A stretch of 64,000 nucleotides of DNA. It comes from Dendrobates tinctorius (Eukaryota). Positions 12,901 through 32,228 of the stretch are shown piece by piece. The stretch covers positions 2,480,001 to 2,544,000 of the forward strand of contig NW_027361869.1 in the NCBI RefSeq assembly GCF_039654945.1, written 5' to 3'. Under the pieces are notes generated by a model. That model was not told where the DNA came from and ran no database searches. It worked only from the letters and a program-made list of their open reading frames with translations. Both the position numbers and the translations under genes were made by a program. Numbering within the stretch: position 1 is the stretch's first letter; the number at the start of each line of letters is the position of its first letter.

Positions 12901-13939
12901 TACACAGGCAAGTTAGATGTTATATTGCAAAGAGAAGTGTAATTGTCTAGTGCATTGTTATTTTTTTCACTTCAAGGTACTCGCATCCTGGCGGGCAGCA
13001 TTGCTACGATGGATATGTGCGTCCGGCACTTTCATGAAGCCACAGGTATGTGACATTTATCATTTATGCACAAACCGCGGTGCGGCAAAAGCCTGCACAT
13101 TACCACGGGTGGGCTGTGGGCCTGGATCCATGCCGGCAGCAGCGTATGGCCACTAGATCTACGGCATTGGGGGAAGTACGCTGGGATGTGATGAGAATAA
13201 ATCTTCTCCACTGACCCAGCAGTGACTCCCTGCTGGGAGTATTGATTATGCTGCCTGGGTTAAATGAAATCACATATTGACAGCGGCTGGTTGTAATGCC
13301 GGGGGCAGACGCCTTGATAACGCGGCTCCCCCTTTTTACCTCCGTGTCATCTAACAGATATCTGATCAAATGACTCGAAAATGATAACTTTCTGATGCAG
13401 CGACCCTGACTGACCGCCCTCGATTACTGTATATCCCCGCAGGCTGCACAGTGGAGGACGCATTAGAAGCCGCATCTCTTCACCCAGCGCAAGTTTTGGG
13501 CCTGCACCATCGTAAAGGGACGCTGGATTTTGGAGCAGATGCAGGTCTGACTTATAATGACCCTGATCACCTTTGTATATGTAACACTTCCTTTAAGGGT
13601 TTAGAAGAACACAACTCCTTACTTCCAAAACAGCGCCACATCTTGCCACAGGATGTATGGGGTACTGCAGTTCAACTTCATTGACTTTAATGGAGTTGCA
13701 ATACCAGAAATTTCTCCTTGATAGGTGTGGTGCTATTTTGGGAAAAATCAGCCATGTTTTCCAGGCCTGAGTCAACCCTTTCATGTAGAGGGAGTGGGCA
13801 CCACGTGTTCCCATGGATGTTTATTTTCTCAATATTTCTTCTCTCGTATTTCTCAGACTTTTTACATTTGGACGACAATCTGAACGTAAAAGCGACCTAC
13901 ATAGCGGGAGACGTTGTCTGGAGTTCTCCAGCAATCTGA
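6825..13939 (+). CDS. AMDHD2: N-acetylglucosamine-6-phosphate deacetylase (NagA family amidohydrolase), 11 coding exons, 407 aa
   Basis: Exons 6825-6907, 8003-8139, 9954-10093, 10550-10604, 10903-11115, 11202-11290, 11790-11934, 12052-12159, 12977-13045, 13443-13544, 13857-13939. All introns are GT-AG, phases are compatible, total 1224 nt. Translation [21 protein letters not shown]...[17 protein letters not shown]...GIHLEGPYI...GHS...THLFNAM...ADGIH...LVTDAI...LAGSIATMD...VVWSSPAI* contains the NagA metal-binding and catalytic motifs. Confidence 0.97.
8003..8139 (+). CDS. AMDHD2: AMDHD2 exon 2
   Basis: Acceptor ctcacag; [45 protein letters not shown]; donor gtaaga. Confidence 0.95.
9954..10093 (+). 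CDS. AMDHD2: AMDHD2 exon 3
   Basis: GGFGVDFSQ...[20 protein letters not shown]; ag/gt flanks. Confidence 0.95.
10550..10604 (+). CDS. AMDHD2: AMDHD2 exon 4
   Basis: [18 protein letters not shown]; ag/gt flanks. Confidence 0.93.
10903..11115 (+). CDS. AMDHD2: AMDHD2 exon 5
   Basis: [18 protein letters not shown]...VTIAPE...GICVSL; ag/gt flanks. Confidence 0.95.
11202..11290 (+). CDS. AMDHD2: AMDHD2 exon 6
   Basis: [30 protein letters not shown]; ag/gt flanks. Confidence 0.95.
11790..11934 (+). CDS. AMDHD2: AMDHD2 exon 7
   Basis: [12 protein letters not shown]...[23 protein letters not shown]; ag/gt flanks. Confidence 0.95.
12052..12159 (+). CDS. AMDHD2: AMDHD2 exon 8
   Basis: [36 protein letters not shown], containing the catalytic Asp; ag/gt flanks. 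Confidence 0.95.
12977..13045 (+). CDS. AMDHD2: AMDHD2 exon 9
   Basis: [23 protein letters not shown]; ag/gt flanks. Confidence 0.95.
13443..13544 (+). CDS. AMDHD2: AMDHD2 exon 10
   Basis: [34 protein letters not shown]; ag/gt flanks. Confidence 0.95.
13857..13939 (+). CDS. AMDHD2: AMDHD2 exon 11 (to stop codon)
   Basis: [27 protein letters not shown], then TGA. Confidence 0.95.
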
Positions 13940-15895
13940 GGCTCGTCGGGACAGCCATCTTAGGATATATTCTGCTGCTGTGCCTTACTTACCAGCTGCT
14001 CTTCTGCATCACCTCACGACGGCCACAAGATGTCGCCAGAGTCCTGATTCTGCTGCATGCTTGGTGGCCATCATCTGTTATTGTTTCTGAATAAGACCAA
14101 AGGGGCCGGTGACCGGACTGGGATCCGCAGACGTAAATGGGGGCAATACGATGCGGTCATGTAGTGTCGATCAGATGCAACTAAAGACAATTCAGTGTGA
14201 GCAATCAGGGGTACTGACCTAACTCTGGGCAGTGGAGGCAGCCATTTTGTGTCATCCTAAGATGGCCAACGATCATTTAAAGCATTGGAAATTAGAACAC
14301 ATTTCTGCTTTTACCAAAAATAGCGCCACTCATGACCACAGGTTGTGTAGGATATTGCATCCCTGACCCAGTCACTCGCGTGATACTGGACTGCACTACC
14401 AGAAGCGACCTGTGGACAGTGGTGGAGCTGGTCCCGAAAGAAAATAGTCAGATTTTTCTGAATCGGTAGCACCCCCCCCCCCCCCCCCCCCCCCGGACGT
14501 TTATAGGGGCACTCCTATCTCAGTCAGTTGTAGCACATTCGCTGGATAAATGTACATTTATGTGCACCTCTCTCCAGAAAGTGGGTACTGTACTCGCAGA
14601 ATGATTGGAGTGAGGACCGCTCCCAGCTATATGTACGGACGTGTCGTAAAGAGCTGAGCAAGCGCGCTAGCGGTCACCTCACCAAGGGGGACGGGTGTCA
14701 GGGAGACCCCCATTCTACCCATTCTAGAGATAAGTGCTGCCACAGAAATGAGGCCGGCATCTGTGTCTGATGTGCCGTAGATATGGGAGCTGTTATTACC
14801 CCCACTCTGGTAGATGGAAACGCCTATAAATTCACGGTATTAATTCCCTTTTCTTTAGATATTTTCTGTGGAATTGCTGGAAACCATCCCAGCTGTGGCC
14901 ACATGAAGAAGCGCTCCATCCAAACTCACAGCCATGGAAGCAGCCTCCATCGTATCCCAAATAAAGTGACTATTATTGATGAGCCAGCGGGCTGGGATAA
15001 GGAGTTATCCGATCATGCTCGTCTGATACTAAAGTATCTTCGGCGTGCTGGAATACTATGTTTGAGGCCCGGCGGCTGCATGGCTCGTGGCTGTTTGACA
15101 GCCGCAACACCTGCAGGGATTGTCTCCCTCATCACTAGTGACACTACCTCTGGCAATGTCAGGAACTTTCCCTGCTGACATCAGCTCGTCTTCATCCCTC
15201 AGCACCCGGAAGACCCCTACACATGGTTAGGCTTAACTCCTGATGCCCCCATGCCAGTCATGGTGGATTGCAGAGGACCCGAACGCTGGGAAAAGGATGG
15301 ATGTCAGTAAGGAAAGAGACGAGATGCAAAATGTATCATTGGTTCTCTAGGTGTAGGATGGAGGACCACTAGACTGAAGATTTATCCAAATTTTTCCCAG
15401 TGGTGCGCGCTGTGAGATTTTGCATCTCTCTGGACATGTTAGACCCTTTATTTTTTTTCACAATAATGCATTTTTCTTTTTTAGAGGCTTATCTACTTTT
15501 TGTTTTGCTTCTACGCCCAGGCGCTAAATGTTCTTCTTAGCTCCGTTTAGAAAGCAGGAGGCCAGATTATGTATAAAACATAGGCGCTGCTAGCTGTAAG
15601 CGTTCAGTTTGCAAAAACCTGGAATCTCACCTTGGAAATTTACTCCTTACTTAGGCCACGTTCAGACACCTGTGTGCCACGGTCTGTGTATGGACTGATC
15701 ACCGGTCTCCAGACCCAACCTCTGCACCCTCCTAGTTGGATGTAAGGCCGTTCCGTTCACAGCGGGAGCCCGGCAGTCAGTCTGTACACGGCCATGTTTC
15801 ACTGATGTCTGAATTCAGCCCTATCGGGATTTTATTGGGGAGGGTCTGTGAGTTTAGCCTTTCATCGATCCTATTTAAAAGGAGAGTCCATCTTA

Positions 15896-16092
15896 GGTCG
15901 GGATCACACATTCGAGAAACTCGGACAAGTCTCGCATGTTAATACCCGGCACTGCCGCCGGCACTCGTGAGAGGAGCGTGCGGCCGCATAGCTAATACAC
16001 GCAGCCGCACGCTCCGCTCCTGAATGCCAGCGGCAGGGCCGGGTATTAACATGCGAGACTTGTCCGAATTTCTCGAATGTGTGATCCCGACC
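15896..16092. mobile_element. Hairpin MITE (Harbinger-like, TTA TSD)
   Basis: GGTCGGGATCACACATTCGAGAAA and TTTCTCGAATGTGTGATCCCGACC form near-perfect inverted arms; TTA duplicated. Confidence 0.8.
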
Positions 16093-18689
16093 TTAGACTT
16101 TCCTCTGTATCGGTTATAAATGTCTGATTGCTGCAAGTCTCCCCCCATCTCCACAACAGGTGTCCTCCAATCCCCTCTTGCCTATTTAAATGGCTGCTCT
16201 GTGCCTCTTCTCCATTCACTTCCATGGAAGTTCCACAAAGGGGCAAACACACATTATAAAAGAGAATAAAGAGAGTAGCTGCTTTAACAAGCGGAGCAAG
16301 GTAGGTTCTGGTCCTTCAGTCGGACCAACCTCTGTCACACATATATTTCAGATCTGCTGGATATGCAATTCAATGTCTAAAATGGGAACAGATTTTTGAC
16401 ATCTGACCAGAATCTGCCATTACTTTGTGATTGCTGGGAGTCTGACCTTTGGAAACCAGACCAATGTGCAGGATAAAGGGGCTTCAGGGATACTCTTTAC
16501 ATTTTTTTTCCCTACACAGCAGCGCTCTTGCGCTCCTAGATGCGCAGGGAACGGCTGCGCTTCTGAGCTCCCGACTCCGCAGGGAATGGCTGCGCTACTG
16601 CGCACCTTCCTCCGCAGGAAACGGCTGCGCTCCCGACTCCACAGGGAACTGCTGTGCTAGTGAGATCTTTGCTGTGCAGGGAACAGCAGTGGCCCCCATA
16701 AACTTAAATGGAGCCCCTGTACAGATGTATCTCTTCAGTCTCCGAATCGTCGCAATATGTCATCATTTTCTGAGATCAGAATATCCCCGCCAGGAGGTCT
16801 GAGAAACTGAACCCCATCTGTCAGTTCACCACTGTACAATTATAACATGACTAACATAAATCTCAATGGCTTCATCATAACCACCAGTCATAAACTACAG
16901 CTCTCATTTTCTCATAATGGTGCTATAAACTGTGTTCCTGTCCACATCCTTCTCTGGTTCTTCCATTTCAGGTGTCATATATGCGGTACCAGGCTCTTGA
17001 TGCCAGATGCAGATTAATAAGGACCTGTAAGCCCTCCTGACAATTTTTTGTTTTACTCAATGATGTGTTATGCTGTCCCTCTATTATTCTTCCTGGAAAT
17101 GTATAACTAAATTTACCACTGTCATTAGGATATGTCCCTACATAGGCTGACACTGTGCCCCCAATGCTGACCCTATCGCCCATTTGCCAGTTTACTCCTC
17201 CGTTTCCTATAGGTATAACAGGGAAGCAGAACATTGCAGAGCACATTTGGATGTCTCTACACTCCGTCGTCCTTCGTTATGGATCATTATTATTGATAAT
17301 TGGCATTTGTTACAATCTGATTTCTAGATAATAAATATACTGTAAATTGCGCCTCCTATAAGTGTCATCTTTTTGTTAAAGACTCAACCAGTTTGGAAAG
17401 CTTTCATTGTAAGTATTCAGAATATAGGTTGGTTCACGACCGTAGATTATAACTACAGAACCGGAGGAGCACTTCACCGAACTCCAGCGGTAAAATCCTG
17501 GGTGCAAACATGGGGAAGATTCAGAGAGACCGAACAGTCTGAAAACGGAGCAGATTTCGTGTGGTTCAAGCTGAACGATCCCTTTACTACAACGCTGGAC
17601 ACTGTTCTCTAACTTTCCACAGCCTCCTCGTTGGATTAGTTTGTGCCAGTTTTTTACTCCCCATCCTTCTTCTCAGGTGACCTGTGTAGAACTAGATATT
17701 TGCTAAAATGTGCGCACAATAGGTTTTTTGGGGATTTTTTTTAAAGGGTCCCCCTTTTAAAAACATAAACACTCGTCCCCTTCATTTCTACTGTAAAACT
17801 AAAAATACTTTGCTGTTTATATTTTAGATCTTTTTAGTCTTTTTTTTTTCCCTGTTTCAAGTTTTGGAAAAATGCCTAATAAGAGAAAAAATAATTATAT
17901 GAAGCTTTTCCTGATGTAAAACGCTCCCAAATAAGCACTGTTCAATTAAAAGGCTAAAAAAAAAATGCAGCGGCAAAAAAAGTTTCTCGCACGTATGATC
18001 CTGGCCTAAGGGGCATGTGCATTGCTACTTCATTCTATGGGGCTGCTGACGGCTGCATTCGGCCGATCGATGTGGGTCCCAGAGGGCCAACCCCCTCCTG
18101 TCAATGAATTATTACCCATCCTGTGAATAGGTGATAACTTGTTTTACCGGACAGCAACTGAAAGCTTCCTGGTCTATAATTATGTGGGAAAAACCTACAG
18201 CCCTTCATAAAAACTGACTTCTCCAGCAAGACCTTTTCCTAAATCTAGGCCCATGTTCACACGCAGGCTGGATATGATGGGGAGCGCTCCCTTTTAGCAG
18301 TCCCAATAAGCACATCACTGTTTGGCACAGGATTTTTCGTTCCAGCAGAGCTCATCTTCTCTTTCTTATAAAGGCATTTCCTGCTTTTAGTCACCTCTAG
18401 AGCCGCACCTGGAGCCTTAGCTCAGTAGGTCTAGTGAACATCCCACCCTGGCTCTATAGTCACTCCTAAATCCCGGACCCTAGAACCCACAACTTGGCAA
18501 ATAAAAGTTACTCAGTGCACAAATCCTCAGGGCCATGTACCTCCCCATCCAACAATCTACCTGCTTACAAGGGGCCAGCAATAAGTGAGCATTGTACCTT
18601 AAACAGCAACCGTTCTTTTAATTTTTATTTCATACATCATTAGCACACCTGAAAATAAGAAATTGTGTAATATATCTTATGTGAAGGGA

Positions 18690-21600
18690 CAGTAGAGCGC
18701 GACAGACCCCGCACTACACATGGAGGACAGGTAGAGAGTGACAGAACTACACACGGAGGACAGGTAGAGAGCGACAGACCCCGCACTACACATGGAGGAC
18801 AGGTAGAGAGTGACAGAACTACACACGGAGGACGGGTAGAGAGCAACAGACCCCACACTACACACGGAGGACAGGTAGAGAGCGACAGACCCCGCACTAC
18901 ACACGGAGGACAGGTAGAGAGCGACAGACCCCGCACTACACACGGAGGACGGATAGAGAGCGACAGACCCCGCACTACACACGGAGGACGGGTAGAGAGC
19001 GACAGACCCCGCACAAAACACGGAGGACGGGTAGAGAGCGACAGACCCCACACAAAACACGGAGGACGGGTAGAGAGCGACAGACACCGCACTACACACG
19101 GAGGACAGGTAGAGAGCGACAGACCCCGCACTACACACGGAGGACAGGTAGAGAGCGACAGACCCCGCACTACACACGGAGGACAGGTAGAGAGCGACAG
19201 ACCCCGCACTACAAACGGAGGACGGGTAGAGAGCGACAGACCCCACACTACACATGGAGGACGGGTAGAGAGCGACAGACCCCGCACTACACACGGAAGA
19301 CGGATAGAGAGCGACAGACCCCGCACTACACACGGAGGACGGGTAGAGAGCGACAGACCCCGCACTACACACGGAGGACGGGTAGAGAGCGACAGACCCC
19401 GCACTACACACGGAGGACAGGTAGAGAGCGACAGACCCCACACTACACACGGAGGACAGGTAGAGAGCGACAGACCCCGCACTACACACGGAGGACAGGT
19501 AGAGAGAGACAGACCCCGCACTACACACGGAGGACAGGTAGAGAGAGACAGACCCCGCACTACACACGGAGGACAGGTAGAGAGCGACAGACCCCGCACT
19601 ACACACGGAGGACAGGTAGAGGGCGACAGACCCCGCACTACACACGGAGGACAGGTAGAGAGCGACAGACCCCGCACTACACACGGAGGACAGGTAGAGA
19701 GCGACAGACCCCACACTACACACGGAGGACAGGTAGAGAGTGACAGACCCCACACCGAGGAAAGGTAGAGAGCGACAGACCCCGCACTACACACGGAGGA
19801 CAGGTAGAGAGAGACAGACCCCGCACTACACACGGAGGACAGGTAGAGAGTGACAGACCCCGCACTACACACGGAGGACAGGTAGAGAGTGACAGACCCC
19901 GCACTACACACGGAGGACAGGTAGAGAGAGACAGACCCCGCACTACACACGGAGGACAGGTAGAGAGAGACAGACCCCGCACTACACACGGAGGACAGGT
20001 AGAGAGCGACAGACCCCGCACTACACACGGAGGACAGGTAGAGGGCGACAGACCCCGCACTACACACGGAGGACAGGTAGAGAGCGACAGACCCCGCACT
20101 ACACACGGAGGACAGGTAGAGAGAGACAGACCCCACACTACACACGGAGGACAGGTAGAGAGTGACAGACCCCACACCGAGGAAAGGTAGAGAGCGACAG
20201 ACCCCGCACTACACACGGAGGACAGGTAGAGAGAGACAGACCCCGCACTACACACGGAGGACAGGTAGAGAGAGACAGACCTCGCACTACACACGGAGGA
20301 CAAGTAGAGAGCGACAGACCCCGCACTTCACACGGAGGACAGGTAGAGGGCGACAGACCCCGCACTACACACGGAGGACAGGTAGAGAGCGACAGACCCC
20401 GCACTACACACGGAGGACAGGTAGAGAGAGACAGACCCCACACTACACACGGAGGACAGGTAGAGAGTGACAGACCCCACACCGAGGAAAGGTAGAGAGC
20501 GACAGACCCCTCACTACACACAGAGGACAGGTAGAGAGCGACAGACCTCACACAACACACGGAGAACAGGTAGAGAGCGACAGACCCCACACTACAAACG
20601 GAGGACGGGTAGAGAGCGACAGACCCCGCACTACACACAGAGGACAGGTAGAGAGCGACAGACCCCGCACTACACACAGAGGACAGGTAGAGAGCGACAG
20701 ACCCCGCACTACACACGGAGGACAGGTAGAGAGTGACAGAACTACACACGGAGGACAGGTAGAGAGTGACAGAACTACACACGGAGGACAGGTAGAGAGC
20801 GACAGACCCCGCACTACACATGGAGGACAGGTAGAGAGTGACAGAACTACACACGGAGGACGGGTAGAGAGCAACAGACCCCACACTACACACGGAGGAC
20901 AGGTAGAGAGCGACAGACCCCGCACTACACACGGAGGACAGGTAGAGAGCGACAGACCCCGCACTACACACGGAGGACGGATAGAGAGCGACAGACCCCG
21001 CACTACACACGGAGGACGGGTAGAGAGCGACAGACCCCGCACAAAACACGGAGGACGGGTAGAGAGCGACAGACCCCACACAAAACACGGAGGACGGGTA
21101 GAGAGCGACAGACACCGCACTACACACGGAGGACAGGTAGAGAGCGACAGACCCCGCACTACACACGGAGGACAGGTAGAGAGCGACAGACCCCGCACTA
21201 CACACGAAGGACAGGTAGAGAGCGACAGACCCCGCACTACAAACGGAGGACGGGTAGAGAGCGACAGACCCCACACTACACACGGAGGACGGGTAGAGAG
21301 CGACAGACCCCGCACTACACACGGAAGACGGATAGAGAGCGACAGACCCCGCACTACACACGGAGGACGGGTAGAGAGCGACAGACCCCGCACTACACAC
21401 GGAGGACGGGTAGAGAGTGACAGACCCCGCACTACACACGGAGGACAGGTAGAGAGCGATAGACCCCACACTACACACGGAGGACAGGTAGAGAGCGACA
21501 GACCCCGCACTACACACGGAGGACAGGTAGAGAGAGACAGACCCCGCACTACACACGGAGGACAGGTAGAGAGAGACAGACCCCGCACTACACACGGAGG

Positions 21601-23970
21601 ACAGGTAGAGAGCGACAGACCCCGCACTACACACGGAGGACAGGTAGAGGGCGACAGACCCCGCACTACACACGGAGGACAGGTAGAGAGCGACAGACCC
21701 CGCACTACACACGGAGGACAGGTAGAGAGAGACAGACCCCACACTACACACGGAGGACAGGTAGAGAGTGACAGACCCCACACCGAGGAAAGGTAGAGAG
21801 CGACAGACCCCGCACTACACACGGAGGACAGGTAGAGAGAGACAGACCCCGCACTACACACGGAGGACAGGTAGAGAGTGACAGACCCCGCACTACACAC
21901 GGAGGACAGGTAGAGAGTGACAGACCCCGCACTACACACGGAGGACAGGTAGAGAGAGACAGACCCCGCACTACACACGGAGGACAGGTAGAGAGAGACA
22001 GACCCCGCACTACACACGGAGGACAGGTAGAGAGCGACAAACCCCGCACTACACACGGAGGACAGGTAGAGGGCGACAGACCCCGCACTACACACGGAGG
22101 ACAGGTAGAGAGCGACAGACCCCGCACTACACACGGAGGACAGGTAGAGAGAGACAGACCCCACACTACACACGGAGGACAGGTAGAGAGTGACAGACCC
22201 CACACCGAGGAAAGGTAGAGAGCGACAGACCCCGCACTACACACGGAGGACAGGTAGAGAGAGACAGACCCCGCACTACACACGGAGGACAGGTAGAGAG
22301 AGACAGACCTCGCACTACACACGGAGGACAGGTAGAGAGCGACAGACCCCGCACTTCACACGGAGGACAGGTAGAGGGCGACAGACCCCGCACTACACAC
22401 GGAGGACAGGTAGAGAGCGACAGACCCCGCACTACACATGGAGGACAGGTAGAGAGAGACAGACCCCACACTACACACGGAGGACAGGTAGAGAGTGACA
22501 GACCCCACACCGAGGAAAGGTAGAGAGCGACAGACCCCTCACTACACACAGAGGACAGATAGAGAGCGACAGACCTCACACAACACACGGAGAACAGGTA
22601 GAGAGCGACAGACCCCACACTACAAACGGAGGACGGGTAGAGAGCGACAGACCCCGCACTACACACAGAGGACAGGTAGAGAGCGACAGACCCCGCACTA
22701 CACACGGAGGACAGGTAGAGAGCGACAGACCCCGCACTACACACGGAGGACAGGTAGAGAGCGACAGACCCCGCACTACACACGGAGGACAGGTAGAGAG
22801 CGACAGACCCCGCACTACACACGGAGGACAGGTAGAGAGCGACAGACACCGCACTACACACAGAGGACAGGTAGAGAGCGACAGACCTCACACAACACAC
22901 GGAGGACAGGTAGAGAGCGACAGACCCCGCACTACACACGGAGGACGGGTAGAGAGCGACAGACCCCGCACTACACACGGAGGACGGGTAGAGAGCGACA
23001 GACCCCGCACTACACACGGAGGACGGGTAGAGAGAGACAGACCCCGCACTACACATGGAGGACAGGTAGAGAGCGACAGACACCGCACTACACACAGAGG
23101 ACAGGTAGAGAGCGACAGACCCCGCACTACACACGGAGGACGGGTAGAGAGAGACAGACCCCGCACTACACACGGAGGACAGGTAGAGAGCGACAGACAC
23201 CGCACTACACACAGAGGACAGGTAGAGAGCGACAGACCTCACACAACACACGGAGGACAGGTAGAGAGCGACAGACCCCGCACTACACACGGAGGACGGG
23301 TAGAGAGCGACAGACCCCGCACTACACACGGAGGACGGGTAGAGAGCGACAGACCCCGCACTACACACGGAGGACGGGTAGAGAGCGACAGACCCCGCAC
23401 TACACATGGAGGACGGGTAGAGAGCGACAGACCCCGCACTACACACGGAGGACAGGTAGAGAGCGACAGACCCCACACAACACACGGAGGACAGGTAGAG
23501 AGCGACAGACCCCGCACTACACATGGAGGACGGGTAGAGAGAGACAGACCCCGCACTACACACGGAGGACGGGTAGAGAGCGACAGACCCCGCACTACAC
23601 ACGGAGGACAGGTAGAGAGCGACAGACCCCGCACTACACACGGAGGACAGGTAGAGAGCGACAGACCCCGCACTACACACGGAGGACGGGTAGAGAGCGA
23701 CAGACCCCGCACTACACATGGAGGACGGGTAGAGAGCGACAGACCCCGCACTACACACGGAGGACAGGTAGAGAGCGACAGACCCCACACAACACACGGA
23801 GGACAGGTAGAGAGCGACAGACCCCGCACTACACATGGAGGACGGGTAGAGAGCGACAGACCCCGCACTACACACGGAGGACAGGTAGAGAGCGACAGAC
23901 CCCGCACTACACACGGAGGACAGGTAGAGAGCGACAGACCCCGCACTACACACGGAGGACAGGTAGAGAG
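18690..23970. repeat. Minisatellite of about 5.3 kb, 39-bp unit CACGGAGGACAGGTAGAGAGCGACAGACCCCGCACTACA, with higher-order duplications
   Basis: Direct reading of the tandem units. Variant units recur at offsets of 422 and 2028 bp; the ORF track shows paired ORFs at 19753/21781, 20175/22203 and 20162/22190. Confidence 0.97.
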
Positions 23971-24072
23971 TATTATGTCTCCTTATAGTCTGCAGTGACC
24001 TGATATTGGAGCAGGTTACATACAGGGAGGACACAATGTGCACCTAGCTGCTGCTCCTCCACCTCTGTTGTC

Positions 24073-24230
24073 CTACGACGTCACTGCACTGATCTCTATA
24101 TTTCGCTTTTTAGTTTCCGGAACTGTTATTCTGGTCTCAGTTTCCACACGGGGAGATAAATTAAGCGGACCCAGCAGGGGAGTGAATTCACAGACGGACC
24201 GTTATGACCACGCGTTGTTAGGAAGGTGCT
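24073..24230 (+). promoter_or_regulatory. Probable C8orf33 promoter / first non-coding exon
   Basis: CpG-containing stretch with CRE-like GACGTCA (24077-24083) and the ETS-type palindrome TTCCGGAA (24115-24122), about 370 bp upstream of the ATG-bearing exon. Possible donor AAG/gtgctt at 24225. Confidence 0.45.
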
Positions 24231-24485
24231 TGTTCCCCAGCCTGTCATGTAGGTATACTGTGCATGTGGTCTGCATTGGTGTAGGGTCTGCATTGCCTCC
24301 GTTTATGTTATTTCTGTCTGTCCTTGTTCTTCTGCACTGTGCCTGACTCACTATAAGTCCCAGCATGCAGGGTGCACTGATACACTGATGACTATTTAAT
24401 ACGAGTGATTTGATTTATGTTTTTCTGAACCATTTATTCAGCATTGTTATGAAAGTGTCCTGGGGAGAAATAATATACCGCAGGC

Positions 24486-30699
<6,214 letters not shown>

Positions 30700-32040
30700 T
30701 GGGGACAGCCACACCACGGAGCAGCCATTTTGTTGTGGACTTCTCTGCACCGCTGTAACCTGCAGCAATACCGTGCCTTTTTCATTTGGACACTGAACAA
30801 TAAGCCAATGAATGAGAAATTGGCGCCATTGTTTATTACAAGTTATATTGTATGAACTATTTAGTTCTAGAAATGTTTTTGTTTCACTTTTTTTTTTTTT
30901 GCAACAAACTGGAAAGTGTGAATATCTGGGTGCAGCGACACTGCTGAATAAAGTGGTTACAAAGATGAGCTGTTCTGGATTCTGCATTGGGCGCTGGGAT
31001 CACTGTTTCTTTTTTATACAGGAGCTTTCATGAATGACAAATCGACCCCCCCAAAAATTGGAAAAATATTGAAGACTTGTATCAATTGATGCAAATAAAA
31101 AGTGGAATTTAACTGCTCTTCTTTTCCATTGCACCAATTTTGATATATATCTCCCTCATGGGTTAAATGTATTTTTCCAGCCAGTAGGTCTAGTTAAAGG
31201 GATTATCCTGCGCCCTGACTTCCATTTTACGTTGGGTATTGCAGTTTTGCAGGATGGATATTGCTAGGGAGTTGAAGTTTTGTAGAAGTTGTATAGTCGT
31301 AGGTTGGAGACCAGGTTGGAGACCACTGTTGCCTATCTGTGACCCACCCCGCCATTCTAGTAAAAGACATCCTCCATTACTGCAGCCTTAAAGGGGTATT
31401 ACACTACAGAAATTATCTCTGATGCAGAAAGCAAGCATGACCGGCTGCTCCATTCCACTCCTTGCAGTTTGACGGTCATAACTAGGTGACATATGGAGAC
31501 CTGAGTGCTCCTTTTAAGATTAATTTCACCGATAATGGGTGAAATTTATCAGAACTAGTGCAAGGGAAGTTTGCAGCAGCTGTTCGTAGCATGTCAAACA
31601 TAATCCAACGCTCATATAGGGGGTGAGCAGTGCCCTGCCTGGTTGTTTAGGGCATTTGCACTACTTTTCACATGCACCAAGTTGCTAAATGTTAGAATAT
31701 ATTGCACATAGGGTAGCCTATAATAAGTGCAAAGCATGACTCGGTCTCATGTCAGGAGGTGCAGTCTTAGCTCGCCCCACCAATCGCAGCCCCTGGGTAC
31801 CACAAGCCCTGCCCTACATACAGTGAAATATCCACTCGCTCCAGCAGATGTCCAGTGTGTGAACAGGGGGTTAAGGGGACACGTTCATTTTATATGATCC
31901 AGAATAAGAGGACGACAATCACAATCCAAAGGAAACTGGACTACAACTCATATCCAACATTCTATATTTATCCCTTTTTACTTACCTGGTGCATTGCTTT
32001 TGGATCTGTATTAGACCAGATATTTTTATATAATCGCTCG

Positions 32041-32188
32041 GCGCCATTTTCTTTGTGACGTCAATAGCAGGTGACATTTGACCTCCCATTATTTTATTAT
32101 TTTTTTCTCATTTTCTGACAGTTTTTTTACGGGGAATTTTGAACTCTTGGCAACTTCTGTAATTTTGTTTTTCTCTGGTGCTATAAAG
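32041..32188 (+). promoter_or_regulatory. Candidate promoter: YY1-type CGCCATTTT, perfect CRE, TATA box
   Basis: GCGCCATTTT at 32041-32050; TGACGTCA at 32056-32063; TATAAAG at 32182-32188, 47 bp before the ATG at 32229. Confidence 0.5.
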
Positions 32189-32228
32189 AGAGGATTTCTC
32201 AGAATCTACAGCTGAAAATAAGTGGGAA

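Noticed and set aside
18640-24043. Long ORFs (up to 625 aa) on both strands with 13-aa periodicity
   Set aside because: These are a by-product of a stop-free 39-bp minisatellite. Deletion variants shift frames freely and there is no splice or promoter support.
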